Assembly (NCBI RefSeq): GCF_001194135.2 | Contig: NC_068982.1 | Location: 1,495,638 to 1,559,637 of the forward strand | Source: Octopus bimaculoides | Taxonomy: Eukaryota | DNA length: 64,000 nt | Reading direction: 5' to 3' | Shown here: positions 12,800-26,445 of the stretch, piece by piece | Numbering within the stretch: position 1 is the stretch's first letter | Layout of the letters: each line of letters opens with the position of its first letter | Made by a program: the position numbers and the translations under genes | Notes under the pieces: generated by a model | What the model saw: the letters and a program-made list of their open reading frames with translations, nothing else | Databases searched by the model: none | What the model was told of the DNA's origin: nothing

Positions 12800-12840
12800 C
12801 GCCATTTAAGATGGCGCAGTAGTATAACGACCCACGTGAT
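12800..12840. promoter_or_regulatory. Candidate cis-element cluster: inverted YY1-like pair plus E-box
   Basis: CGCCAT-TTAAG-ATGGCG dyad (12800-12816) and CACGTG (12833-12838) in an otherwise CpG-poor region. Motif match only. Confidence 0.25.
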
Positions 12841-12948
12841 GACTTAAACGTTGACAAAGAGAAACACCAAAACACGAAAAAAAAAAAAAAAGATATCTCA
12901 AACGCATTAACACTTCTTATTGCGATCTATAGGATTTATTTATAGAAA

Positions 12949-13168
12949 GAAAAAAATAATGCTGAACAATTTTCGGTGACTTATTGCACTACATACTATT
13001 TCTTCGTTTTTTAACAAAGGGGAATTATTATAGAGGCGGAACATACGCATAAANNNNNNNNNNGAAAAAAATAATGCTGAACAATTTTCGGTGACTTATT
13101 GCACTACATACTATTTCTTCGTTTTTTAACAAAGGGGAATTATTATAGAGGCGGAACATACGCATAAA
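12949..13168. other. Exact ~105-bp tandem duplication flanking a 10-N gap (assembly artefact)
   Basis: 12949-13053 is repeated at 13064-13168 on either side of the gap. Confidence 0.85.
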
Positions 13169-13225
13169 ATTGATTGTACAATAATACAATAAACAATGCC
13201 CCACACTAACACACTCCCACCCAAC

Positions 13226-13264
<39 letters not shown>

Positions 13265-13331
13265 TATGTATGTTTATGTATATATATACAATATACATAC
13301 ATATGTGTGGATGTGAGTGTATGTGTGCGTG

Positions 13332-13364
<33 letters not shown>

Positions 13365-13637
13365 ATTTATCATGACCAATGTTTTATGAAAGTGAATTTT
13401 TTGACCATATTTGTATTTTCAGGATGCTGAGGAGAAGGTAGCACTTGCTCTTCTATTTCTTCTATTTTTATCTACTTTTTTTTGCAGACAACTTCAAACA
13501 TAACTTTATCGGACCCCATAAAATACTCTTATACACATTATTTCGTTCTTTTTAGAAAATTGTTAACATGTTATGTGATTTCATTCTTTATTTCTTGTTA
13601 ATTTCTTTCATTCTTATTGTCTTTGATCTAATATCCA

Positions 13638-13675
<38 letters not shown>

Positions 13676-15231
13676 GTTATTTGTACTTACATTTTATCCC
13701 CTTCTCTTCAACTATATTATCTGATTAGAGGTAGTGATATTTAACGTTGTCATACATCGCTAGAGTTATGTGTCGTACATCAAAGAACCATATTTTCTTA
13801 TTTCATCTTTGATGCCGATGTGTGTAGAATATTCTTTCAATACTGCAGTATCCAATTTGTAATTTACTATCATCTGCCACGAGAGAATTTTTTTTCCCAA
13901 TGAAGGGATCGTTGACTTTTCTATGAGAATTTCCACAGAAGACGGTATCAACTACTACTAATTGAATCGGTTTCTTGCATCAGCTGTGAACAAAAACTTT
14001 AGATAAAGTTTTAATGATGAATCTCTAGATTTATTCGAGTAGGTAGATTTACGTGTCGTAGAACGCGCTGTTGTATTTGACATCTGTCTTGCCATAAACA
14101 TCATTATAATATTCTCGAGTTCTAGTTCTAGTTTACAGACGAATGGGTCAATAGTTATATCTTACATTTTAGCTGTGTGCTTTTTCATTCATAAATTTAT
14201 AATTCAGCATTTATGGCAGACTCCATATAATTGATAGCAATGGGTCATTCTATAAATCATGTGATTTCACAATAATACGTTTTAATTCTTTTTTGAACTT
14301 GTGGAACTTCTGTAGTATAATTTCTTTAAATGGCCACACAAATATTTCTGAATTGTCTTGTTACAACCATGGCAAACATTCTTAGTACCTGTCTAATCTA
14401 TCATAATTATATCTTCTCAAGAAGTTAATATGGCAGACTTCTGAATTGGGTTCGTTTTATCATATTATTTTCTGGTCTATAATGTGATTTGAAAGAGAAA
14501 CAATGGAGAGCAAACGTACCATGTAATGGTAAGGTACTGAACGAAATACAATCACTTGATTATTATCCCATAAGTACGTGTTAAAGTGTTTCCCGGATAA
14601 GTGTACCATCGAACAGAAAGCAGTGTTTTGTAGCTGAATGTGAAACAATTGGGTTTTTTAGGAAGGGAATTGTGATGGGTAATGTCTGCCTAGAAGCCTG
14701 ATAAGGGTCTCAAAGACAATCGAGACAGCTATTGTTCTTCCACTGTGATACTTAAAGGAGCGGTTAAGTAACAAGGAAGAAATCTTTATTTTTTTAAGTA
14801 AACGTTCACGAATCAAAGGAATTAATGTTTCTTGTGTTGGTAGTTATCGCTTGCTCACACTTCGGAGGAGGGCAGAGTATCAAATACCTCTGTATGTGTG
14901 AGTGTGTGAGTGTGTGTGTCTGTGTGTCAGTGTGGATGTGGGTATGTTTATATGAGAGAAAATGAGGGGGTTGTAGAAACCGGGTAAAAGAATGATATGA
15001 AGAAAGAGAGAAATGAAAAAAAAAACCCGATATTTTACGGGGATATGAGTAGCAAACATTAAAATAAAAGTCATTAGGAAAGATTGCGTAATTGAGACGG
15101 AGCTTAACGAAAAGCGGAAGGGGAAATGAAGTTCAGAGTCGTAAGGAAAAAATAGCAAAAAGAGTTTGAGTTGAATGTAAATAAATGCCTGACGTCATGC
15201 GTATGATAAAAGATTTGTGTAGAAATACATT

Positions 15232-15253
15232 AGTGTATTTGTTACTCCATAAG

Positions 15254-15308
<55 letters not shown>

Positions 15309-15420
15309 ATATGTGTGTGTATGTGTGTATGTGTGTATGTGTCCACATTTGTGTATTTGTTACTCCATAAGATTCTCTCTGTGTGTGTGTGTGTGTGTGT
15401 GTGTATGTTTGTGTGTATGT
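15232..15420. repeat. (GT)n arrays each preceded by a duplicated 22-bp unit
   Basis: GTGTATTTGTTACTCCATAAGA at about 15233 and about 15352. Confidence 0.85.
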
Positions 15421-15571
15421 GGTGCATGTGTGTGTGTGTGTTTACTTTATTTTATCGACCACGAAAGAATGAAATGTACACCTGATCTCAGCTCTATGCC
15501 AAATCAGAATGCAGAGATCCCAAAGTAATAAATTGATGCGCTAGCATGTCTACAAATACACCGCCCTTATG

Positions 15572-15652
<81 letters not shown>
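15572..15652. repeat. (AAT)n microsatellite abutting an R4/Dong fragment
   Basis: Direct reading. Confidence 0.95.
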
Positions 15653-15656
<4 letters not shown>

Positions 15657-16103
15657 AGATGTGTGACAGCGAGCTACCGGGAAGATAGATCAAATCTGAA
15701 ACCATCAGGAAGCAGGAATTATGAGTCCGCAAAAAACAATGAAAGAAAATTGTTTTAATGTAAATCATCTCAGGAAACCGAAAGATACTCAGCAGCTTTC
15801 GCAGATTGAACAAAGCCTGAATTAGCAAAGCTAGACAGAAGGAGTAGAAAGGAATTCCATATGAATGGAGGAATTCACCCAAGAGCAGGCGTAGCAAAAT
15901 TATACTTACCTAGAAAAGAAGGTGGAAGAGCGCTAATATCAGTAGAAGACTGCATGGAATTAGCTAGAGTAGATATAGACTCTTTTGTAGGTAACAGGGA
16001 AGAAAGTTTATTAAGCGCTGCTAGAGTCACAGCAATATATAGGGAAACCAAAAGCTCAAACGATGTTAAAAACTTGAGGAGAGACCAGGGTGGAAGAGAC
16101 TGA
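15653..16103 (+). mobile_element. R4/Dong LINE fragment (post-RT region)
   Basis: MNGGIHPRAGVAKLYLPRKEGGRALISVEDCMELAR matches the HP....RLY.PRK.GGRGL motif of R4-clade ORFs. Confidence 0.85.
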
Positions 16104-16104
16104 G

Positions 16105-18822
16105 TAGCAGTAGACGAATGTGTACATGTGGAAATAGAAGAGATAAAAAAAAAATGTAAATGCATTCTTAAAAAACGAAGCAGAAGTAATAGGAAGAGCC
16201 ATGTCACAAGAATACGATGATGACCACCACGACAGAATGAAGACGCTGTGCTGATATATCAGGGAAGACAAGGATTAAGTACTCCCGGCCTGAGATTCAT
16301 TTAAGCTTAAAGTTGAAAGCGAAAAGATAGATTCGGTTCTTGAGATATTCCAGACGAGAAATGTAACTAACAAGATTATTTGGACTGCAGCTACGGTTGC
16401 TGCAGACAGAGTTGGATACAAAAGAAAGGAACAAACAGAACGTAAATGACCATACTGGAGCAGGCGAATTTGTGAGAATCGGAGTTAAAAAGATATTTAG
16501 GACAAGTTGATAGATTGAGAAGAGGGGGATTGCAGAACGAAAGCATCAGAATAATGTTGGAAAGAACATATGGAATAAGAAATAAAGGGTATGATGTTAT
16601 ATTGGAAGAATTGAAACAAAGAATTGTAGCAATCAAAGCAAAACTAGAAAGATGTAACAATAAAAAATAACAATTCAGGAAAAACAGTTTGAAGCAAATC
16701 AGAAGAGACTGTTTCAGGAACTAGATGGGCAAATACACGTAACAATGATACCAGATGCAGAGGAAAGCAAGGCATTCTGGAGAGGGATGTGGGACCAACC
16801 TGTAGAGGATAATGATGAAGCGGAGTTGCAGCAAGATAGGTTTAGAAATATATAAGTCCAAGAAGATATAAAGATAACTACAGAAATGATAAAAATAAGC
16901 TGTTGAGAAAATTCCCAAATTGGAAGATTCCAGGACCGGATCGGGTCCAAGGTTATCGGATTAAGAAGCTGAGAGGGCTCCATGAAAGAAAAGCACAACA
17001 GCTAGATGAGTGCTTGCAGGAAGGCACAGTACCCATCTGGATGACAAAGGGAAAGACATTGTTATGCGCCAAAGATGCTGAAAAGGGAAATGTTGCATCC
17101 AACTTTAGACCAATAACATGCCTTCCGCTAATGTGGAAACTAATGTCAGGTGCTTTGGCCGGTGAACTGTACAGATACTTGGGAAAAAAGTCGGCTGCTA
17201 CCCACTGAACACAAATGGTGCTGAAAAAGGAGCCGGGGAACGAAGGATCGGCTCTTAATTAATAATCTATTTATCAGGAACTGCAAGAGGCGACATACAG
17301 ATCTGAGCATGGCATGGGTTGACTATCGCAAAGCAGACGATATGATACCACACTCCTGGATAATAAGAACACTGGAAATGTATGGAGTAGCAGAGAATAT
17401 GAGAAGCCTTATACGGAATAGCATGAAATAGCGGAGGACGGAATTGAGAGCAGGGAAGGAAGTACTAGGAGAGGTGAAAATCAAGAGCGAAAACTTCCAA
17501 GGGGACAGTGTTTCCCCACTGATCTTCACAAAAACTGAGGCAGAACTGGACAGCCTAGTCCAGTCTGTGCGGATCTCCTCAAATGATATAATGGCGTTTG
17601 GACTCTCAAAATGTGTTACGATGGTGATGAGACGAGGAAAACTTGCCATGACAGAAAGGCATATGGTTGCCGAGTGGCAAACAGTGAAGGCGATTCAACC
17701 TCATTTCAGCTATAAACATCTGGGAATACTTGAGGCAGACGGAATCAAATACCCCGACATGGAGGAACGGACAAAAAGAGAGTAAATGCGGTGAAAAAAA
17801 TATTGGCTTTAAAGCTGAATGCCAGAAACATAATTTCGGCAATAAACTCGTGCGCAATCGCAATAGTTCGGTATGGCGCTGGAATCCTGAAGTAGACAGA
17901 AGAGGAAGTAAAGGAGATGGACAGGAAGCCAAGAAAGCTCCTAACGATGCATGGAGCCCATCATCCACGTGCAGACACTGATCGCCTATACATGAAGAGA
18001 GCAGATGGAGGAAGGGCACTGATAAGTGTGAAAGACTGCATGCGTATCGAACTCGAGAGCTTAATGAGATATCTAGCCCAAAGAAAGAAAACCTTGCTAG
18101 TGACAGTTAGGAACGAGGGAGTATTGAGCGGAAAGGAAAAAATAGGAAATAAAGGAAGAAGTACAAAAAGGACATGAAGAAGAATTACGCAAGAAGGGAC
18201 TACACAATTAATTCCATTTAGCCACAACAGAAGTTGCTGGAAAATATAGGTGGGATTGGCTGATGAAAGGGTTTCTAATAAAGAGACCGGGCGTACTATA
18301 CTAGCAGCGCAGGACCTTGTTCTGGCCACGAACTCGAGGGTCAACCTGAGGAATGAGCAAGTCTCTCTGCTGTACCGCATCTGCAACAGAGGGGATGAAA
18401 CCATCGCCCATATCACGAACAAATGCCCTAGACTTGTCTAAACCAATACAGTTGCGGCGACAAGACCAGGTAGCGAAATTCTATATTGAGAACTGTGCGA
18501 AAAGTGGGGGCTAGAGAGAGGCAAGACGTGGTATGAGAACAAATGGGAGAGAGTGGCAGAGTGGGAATTTGCCAATGCAAACGAAGGTTGTGATCAAAGA
18601 AGAGAGTAGACGTGATACCAATAGTAATTGGTGCACTTGGAAGTATCAGCACTCAAATACCAACATGACTGAAAAAGATCGGTGCAAGTGTGAAGGGAGA
18701 AACACCTACAAAGATCAGCATTGCTTGGAACTGCAGAATGTCACCTTAGTCTGTTGGCTGTGGACAGCTGACCCTTTCCACCATAACCAGCAAAATAAGC
18801 TGGGAGTTTGCATCAAATAATA
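16105..18822 (+). mobile_element. R4/Dong-clade non-LTR retrotransposon, decayed, internally deleted
   Basis: [55 protein letters not shown] (then a jump past the YMDD region), YKHLGILE, MHGAHHPRADTDRLYMKRADGGRALISV and CRICNRGDETIAHITNKC zinc knuckle. Ends in an AAT-rich tail. Confidence 0.95.
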
Positions 18823-18838
18823 TTAATACTAATAATAA

Positions 18839-18859
18839 TGAGAAGAAGAAGAAGAAGAA

Positions 18860-18906
<47 letters not shown>

Positions 18907-18911
18907 AGAAG

Positions 18912-18941
<30 letters not shown>
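18839..18941. repeat. (GAA)n microsatellite
   Basis: Direct reading. Confidence 0.95.
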
Positions 18942-18943
<2 letters not shown>

Positions 18944-19809
18944 GAAACGAACAAACAAGAGTGTAATCAATAATATACTAGTAATAATTGCAACGCCAAT
19001 GATGATAAACGTAGATGATGTCCTATCCAACAACCAAAATACGTGTGTAAGTTTGTATGTATGTATGTATGTATGTATGTATGTATGTATGTATGTATGC
19101 ATGGATGCATACGTACATACATGCCTGCATGTATGTATTCTTGTATGTATACATGCATATATATATGCCAGTATGTATTTATGTATGTGTGTATGTATGT
19201 ATCCATCTATTTGTGTGTGTATGTGTGTGTGTGTGTATGTGTGTGTGTGTGTGTATGTGTGTGTGTGTTGTTACACTTGTATATAACGAAAATTGATAGA
19301 ATATAAAATAACAAGAGAAACTTGAAAGATGACAATATTAGAAATGCTACAAGAGTAAATATATGTCAGATTAGGAATCAATAAAGACGTAAGAAGTTAA
19401 CCAGATGTGAGCATTAGCTTCATTCCAAAATGAAACTCCTTATTTTGGTTTACAGTTACCTGACTGTACATGCGCAACACATACATTTAAAACTATAACT
19501 CTATGCATGTGTCTATACATTTATGTGTGTCTGTATGTGTGTGTGTATTTAGTAGACATGACAAAACCATCGATATTTAAGATTAATATTTTCAGTTGGT
19601 CGTCCAACGAAGGCAGTGATAATCCAAACACCTGTCAGATATGTGCAATTATCCACATAAGCAGGTTAACAGATAGAAGTGTTTTCTCGACTGTACTATA
19701 CTTTCCAACGCTGCGTTAATTCAGGACTGTGGTTCTGTGTTTTAGTATATTCAACATAGGTAACCAAACCTTTGTTGTTTGCTCTTTTTCTTCGTAGTTG
19801 TTAGGTACT

Positions 19810-19978
19810 ATGACGTCCTCCCCTCCTCCCCTTCTTCCTTCCCCTTCCTCCTTCCCCTTCCCTTCCTCCTTCCCCTACCCCTCCTCTTCCACCCTCCTCC
19901 ATAATTTCTTCTTCTTCTTCTTCTTCTTCTTCTTCTTCTTCTTCTTCTTCTTCTTCTTCTTCTTCTTCTTCTTCTTCT
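19810..19978. repeat. Polypyrimidine tract and (TTC)n microsatellite
   Basis: Direct reading. Confidence 0.95.
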
Positions 19979-21108
19979 CATCATTATTACTATGAATATT
20001 CTTGTATTTCCCATTTGTTCTTCTGTCGTCATTATTATTGCATTGTTAAAGGGAGCCCAAATCAGGCAGCAGAAATACACTTGCTAAACACTTGATCTAT
20101 TAAAGCTATTCAGAAGCGTCCACTTTGACTGCTACACATAAATGTATCAAATGTCTTTCACCTCATCGATGGAAAACTATAGGCAAATTATCGCACTAGA
20201 AATGAATGGACCTTCTACAAGTTTAGTCAAATTGTTCATTACAAAATTGAACTTACATTAATAACTGATGCTAATGAGTAAAAAATAGATTTAGTAGGCT
20301 TAATATGAAATGTTCTGCACAATTCATGTTCATAGATTTAATACAAAATACTATTTTGACTGTTTAATGGAATTTGGCAATCATACTATTTATGAGTAGA
20401 GAAAGGCAATCTAAAATCGATTATATCACTTCCGATGCCTAAATTTATAGAATTTAAATTTACATAATATCAATCATCAACACCCATTACGAATGTTATA
20501 TTTCATCCGAAATCTCAATTTATTTTCTTATGTTTCTCTCCGAAATGGACACAAAATTAGTGACTAATGGCTTCCGAAGGAAATCCATTGCAGGAAATGC
20601 TGTTATAGTAGCGTTATAGGATATTTTACATTTATTTCAGAAACATATTAACTAACAGTAATGTCTTGTTTATTATTGCTGGCATTATCGTTTAAAATGT
20701 TGTTAAGATTAAGATGGTCCTGAATCACATGAAAACTATTCACGAATTATGTAGTGTTTTTTGACAATGTTAGAGACAAAAGACTGAAATCATCGGTATT
20801 AACGAAATTCGTAGAATCATCACAGTGAAAATTCGATATTTTAAAGAAAAAGTCTAAAAGCTATTCAAACATTTTTACACAAATAAATAAATGAAATGAA
20901 ATAATTTTCACGTTTGTGATGCAGAAATTTAAAGCACTAAAATACGGCCACACAACAGTGAACGTAATAATTTTCTTCTTTCGTTTAAACGGTATAAGAT
21001 TTGTCCCATTACTTATCTATTCAAACTATTTATGCATACATTATACGTACGTACATGCATGTTCATGCATATGGGTGTGTATCCATATACCTAATTATAT
21101 GTATAAAT

Positions 21109-21144
<36 letters not shown>

Positions 21145-21202
21145 TCTGCTTGTGTGTATATATATGTATAAATACATATATACATATGTACATGCATATA
21201 TG

Positions 21203-21253
<51 letters not shown>

Positions 21254-21791
21254 NNNNNNNNNNNNNNNNNNNNNNNNNNNNNNNNNNNNNNNNNNNNNNN
21301 NNNNNNNNNNNNNNNNNNNNNNNNNNNNNNNNNNNNNNNNNNNNNNNNNNNNNNNNNNNNNNNNNNNNNNNNNNNNNNNNNNNNNNNNNNNNNNNNNNNN
21401 NNNNNNNNNNNNNNNNNNNNNNNNNNNNNNNNNNNNNNNNNNNNNNNNNNNNNNNNNNNNNNNNNNNNNNNNNNNNNNNNNNNNNNNNNNNNNNNNNNNN
21501 NNNNNNNNNNNNNNNNNNNNNNNNNNNNNNNNNNNNNNNNNNNNNNNNNNNNNNNNNNNNNNNNNNNNNNNNNNNNNNNNNNNNNNNNNNNNNNNNNNNN
21601 NNNNNNNNNNNNNNNNNNNNNNNNNNNNNNNNNNNNNNNNNNNNNNNNNNNNNNNNNNNNNNNNNNNNNNNNNNNNNNNNNNNNNNNNNNNNNNNNNNNN
21701 NNNNNNNNNNNNNNNNNNNNNNNNNNNNNNNNNNNNNNNNNNNNNNNNNNNNNNNNNNNNNNATATATATATATATATATATATACATACT

Positions 21792-22227
21792 AAGTCAGCG
21801 CTAGAAGAAAAACGACCATCTTCGGTTTCAAGACGAAAAGTGTTCTTCCATCAGGATAATGCTCGGCTACATACAGCGAGGATGACGTTCCAAAGGCTGG
21901 AGCGGTTTGAATGGGAAACGATGCTCCACCCACCATATTCACCGGACATTGCTCCATCTGATTTTCATTTATTCCGCAGTGTTCAAAATCGTTTGGACAG
22001 AAAAAAATATGAATTCTATAGAGGAAGTCAGAACAGTACTGGAGGAGTCCTATTTGTCACAGCCAACTGAATTTTGAAAGAAAGGCCTACCAACCCATCC
22101 AGAGAAGTGGAAGAGCATTGTAGAAAATGAAGGGGAGTATATTTTGGATTTAAAAAGAATTTGTTTATCTTAATTTTGAAAAATAGGAAGTATAAAAAAA
22201 TCGCATTATTTATGGGATGACCCAATA
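21792..22227 (+). mobile_element. Mariner transposon, 3' half with right TIR
   Basis: VFFHQDNARLHTARMT...WETMLHPPYSPDIAPSDFHLFRSVQN. TIR CGCATTATTTATGGGATGACCCAATA followed by TA. Confidence 0.95.
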
Positions 22228-22343
22228 TATCCATCCATCCATCCATCCATCCATCCATCCATCCATCCATCCATCCATCTATCTATCTATCTATCTATCT
22301 ATCCATCTATCCATCTATCTATCTCTCTCTCTCTATCTACCTA

Positions 22344-22379
<36 letters not shown>

Positions 22380-22414
22380 CCTATCTATCTCTCTATCTAT
22401 CTATGATGGTTGTC

Positions 22415-22714
22415 TACCCTTATGCAGAGTCTGACCACCCCCTGTACCTACACCTCAGATCCATCATGGCGTCTGTTTTGGCTTTTTAAATCAGACAATG
22501 TATTGAAAAGACACCCACACAGATTGCATGTCTGCTTTGGACCACCAAGAGCTGCAGTTAAGTTCTGATCTTTGTGGATCTTAAAATGTCTTTTGAAGCC
22601 GCCGTATGATCTACAGACCTTACGCCATACACGGCATTGGAAGGTGTGCACAGATATATAGGCAGAATAGTTGGTGAAGGTTCACTTTTCATTAGTCCAC
22701 AAATCAGGCTTGAG

Positions 22715-22725
<11 letters not shown>
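22415..22725 (-). mobile_element. Two C2H2-like zinc fingers, probably the 3' end of an RTE-type LINE (alternative: ZNF gene relic)
   Basis: FQCRVWRKVCRSYGGFKRHFKIH and TCNLCGCLFNTLSDLKSQNRRH. Ligand substitutions indicate decay. Bracketed by microsatellites. Confidence 0.5.
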
Positions 22726-22760
<35 letters not shown>

Positions 22761-24423
22761 ATCGATATAAATAGATTGATCGATTGATAAATCTGAAACA
22801 TTCTAAATGGATTTTAGCATAGGGTTTTCACAGCATGTAACGTGCAATCACGTATCCTTGTAAATACTCAGAGTGAGGATTAGTTATTTTAGTTTAACGT
22901 TCCTATTCACGTAATAGAAAGGGACGGTCGGTTGTGAAAATTATATAAAGTAGTGACAAAGAAAATTATATAAACGCTGTCGATTCCTGTCCTTTAAACT
23001 CTCTAAAATATGTAACTGCAGATGTTTAAAATGATGGTAATCATTCTGGTCAATAAAATGAAAATGATATTACACATCGACCAATGGCACCGGTCTAGCG
23101 CCATACATTGTTTCTGTTAATGCTTCGTACACTAAAACTTACAAAGCCAGTTTAATATATGATTTTCTTTAATTTTATTTACTTATATTTTCCTGCAAAT
23201 AGCCTCTCAGAATTATCTCAGAATGATACTATATTCTCATGCTAATAAATTTACAAACTATCTACATTTAGCAACTTATACAGTGCTACTTCGGCATTTG
23301 TGATTAGCATTCGTTGATGAATCCCAGCATAACTCTAATCTGCTCGGAATTATTTCTCGTAATACGATCAACTGACTATAAACTTTTATATTTCAACACA
23401 CACTTTTAATGAAATATGTATTAAATAGCTTAACGCTAACCTAATTAATTTTTGCATTGTAGATGGTGAGATGGAATACCAGAATTCTGTTATGTGTACG
23501 TCCAACACACTGATGCACTTTTGAAGTAACTCATGCACTAAATATACGAACAATTTGTGACTTGGTATAATAAACAAATTCATCTGTGTCAAATAAGCTT
23601 TCATACGCCGGGTTTATCCGATCTTAGGAGGTCAAAAAGTTTCATGGATGTTTACAATATAGCTTTTGCAAAAGAATGAGACGTAGAAATAACTTATTTT
23701 TTATTTACTAAATATATATCTGCGCAGATTCTGTTGATGTATTGATAATTACTTCTTCAGATGGAAACAAAATTCACGTTTCATATCCTTAAAACAAATT
23801 TACATTAAAACCCATAATTTTCTCAAAATTTGCGAACTATGTTTTCATCAGGAGAAAAAAAAACAGTTTCTCTTCCATTCCTCTCTGAATGAAAATTATT
23901 GATTTTTGTTTACTCCGAAGAACGCATAATATATGCGAAAGGAAATGTTGACATCTTTTGCATCAAAAGTAATGGGAACATATATCAATCTAGCTTTTAA
24001 ACAGTGTCACAGTCGGGACTCATTAAGGGACTGTTATTTTGTTATTCACCACTACGCACAACATCCCCAATCATTTTGATAACGATTTTAGATTTATATA
24101 TTTTTATGTTGATAATATTCAAGAAACGTAAACTACGCCAAACCGTTATGAGCAGAATTATTTAGAAGACATTTTCAATTAGATTTACTAATGCCCAATC
24201 TGGCAATACTTCAATTGATGTCTTGAAATATTTTCAAAATATGCGAAAATAGAACAAAGAAAAGATATTTATATTCGGAGGTAGTTTGAAGCTTTAAAAG
24301 GTGAGGACGAAAAGTATTGAATCACTTTTTTACTCTTCAGCGCTCATCTTAAAATATTTGCAAATCAAGATTAGTGTAATATTTATTCGTATAGTTTTAA
24401 TATTTCATGCATAAATACGTGCG

Positions 24424-24500
<77 letters not shown>

Positions 24501-24569
24501 GTCTCCCTCCCTCTCTTTCGATATATATACATATATGTATGTCTATAAATATAATTATATAAATACACA

Positions 24570-24613
<44 letters not shown>

Positions 24614-26292
24614 GTACTTCTTTTAAAATCAGGGGTTACACGTCCTTCAAAGTTTCGGCCTGCTAGCTTTCAACAGACTATGGTTAACAGCCACATGAAC
24701 GCTAGTGAAGGCGAGCAGGTGGAAGCTTTCATGTCATTCTCATTCGTGTTCTAGTAAAAGTGATAAGTATGACAAAAATGTCAATAAGTATTGAGACTCT
24801 TCGGTCTAATATTAAATTGTTTTTATTATAACGCTTATAACCCGATATAAAAACAAAGAAACACACACACAACACAAACACACGCATATACACATATACA
24901 TGCGTATATTACACATATATATNNNNNNNNNNGTAAGTAAGAAATGTAGCTAAGTTGCACATAACAGAATTTATAACAGTATTTTTCGTTGATGTGTAAA
25001 AATGACAAATTGATGCACATTTAGAAATATGAAGCGAAGAAAAGTGTTTTGAAAGGAAGTCCATTAGCTAAAATTGGAGTTATTAAAATAATCTGAATAT
25101 TTTATAGGGATATTGATTTTAATCTCCGACATGCTACTTCTTGAAACCTAGATGATTCTCGAATATGGCTTTGTACGTAAGAAAGTGAATACAATATTTT
25201 TGGGAGTGAATAGAAATTCACGTAGTCGCGAGTGAAATAAGAAAGTTTTAATTTGTGTTTCAAAATTATGCATCTACAATTTCTTAATTCGTAAAGTGTA
25301 TCCATTTTTCAGTCTCTTGCTTCCGTATTAAGGTTTTGTTGTATTTGTTTCTTTCTTGTGTGTAAACGACGTCTATAAGGTTTAATGATCTTCCAATCAA
25401 TTGGTTACATGAGGATGATAGCAAGTTACGGAGCATTTCAGCTGATAGCACTATCTCTTTCAGAGTAAACGTTCTGGTTTTCTTAGTGGGACAGACTACA
25501 AAAGAAAAAAAAATGCAGGGGGAAAATGTTTATGTATCAAAAGGTTCTTCCCCTGAGAAAACTGTGAAAAGCGGGAGACACAATCAAAGCAAGGACCAAA
25601 AGAAATCAGTTGTTACTAATAATACTATACGGACTCACGACGTTAAAGAATAGAGAAAGAACAGAAATGAGTTATAAACAACTTAAAACATTACATTGAA
25701 TAATATTGAAGCAAAGTTATTTACAAAGACAAATTACAGGGCAAAAGAATAGTCATTACGCAAATCAATAGGTTTCTATTCTGACTTGATACAGTCAGAC
25801 TTTCTAAACAACACGCCTTGCACTAATTGATGCTCTCAAATTTAGAACATTGAGAGGCATACTGTACCGTGTTGCGGTTCCCATCTGCTAACAGACATGA
25901 GGAACAGAGATCAGTTAAAATGAAAACCTACAACAAAAATGGAGAACTTGTCTCCAAAACATCAACGATAAACATACGGATAATATTTGGATACTAAACT
26001 CAGGTGCAAAGTAACATAATAACGAACGGGGTGTGCGATTTTCTATTGAAACTTACCTGAACTATCGATGTGGGACTCTAATGTATAAAACATTTACCAT
26101 TAAGCACAAAGCATGAACAATAAGTGAAATGCTTCCGCATAGGATGACAGTAACGGGTTAATGAGCCAGGGTGTCTACATATCATTATATTGCATAACAA
26201 GTAAGCTCGTTTATTTCTAACAGATCGGGTGATATGAGGAATACATTGATTAGAAAACGACTAGGTAATAAAGCACTCGCTATGTGACTGTT

Positions 26293-26445
26293 GGGGAGGT
26301 ACATGGCCGAGTGGTTAGAGCAGCTGACTCGTGGTTGCGGATTCGAATCTCAGACCGGGCGAGGTGTGTGTTTATGAGCGAAACACCTAAGCTCCACGCA
26401 ACACCGGCAGAACGTAATGGTGAACCTCTGCTGGCTCTTTTGCCA
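26293..26445 (+). mobile_element. tRNA-derived SINE 5' part (related to 62740-63049)
   Basis: A-box TGGCCGAGTGG and B-box-like GGATTCGAATC. Shares CAGACC.GGCG.GTGTGTGTTTAT..CGAAACACCTAA with the 62.7-kb copy. Confidence 0.8.

Noticed and set aside
12949-13168. 105-bp perfect tandem duplication
   Set aside because: Identical copies sit on either side of a 10-N gap, the signature of an unmerged contig overlap.
20916-22070. 384-aa ORF and other long ORFs spanning N runs (also 38.7-39.6 kb and 51.0-52.0 kb)
   Set aside because: Length comes from gap characters and microsatellites. The only real coding part is mariner sequence.
23430-23530. Good-looking splice acceptor (GCTAAC...TTTTGCATTGTAG|ATGG)
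   Set aside because: All frames close quickly, donors are weak and there is no recognisable peptide.
24640-24690. Minus-strand CTGTTGA...GGCC-GAAAC hammerhead-like string
   Set aside because: Core A6 is changed, and stems I and III do not pair.
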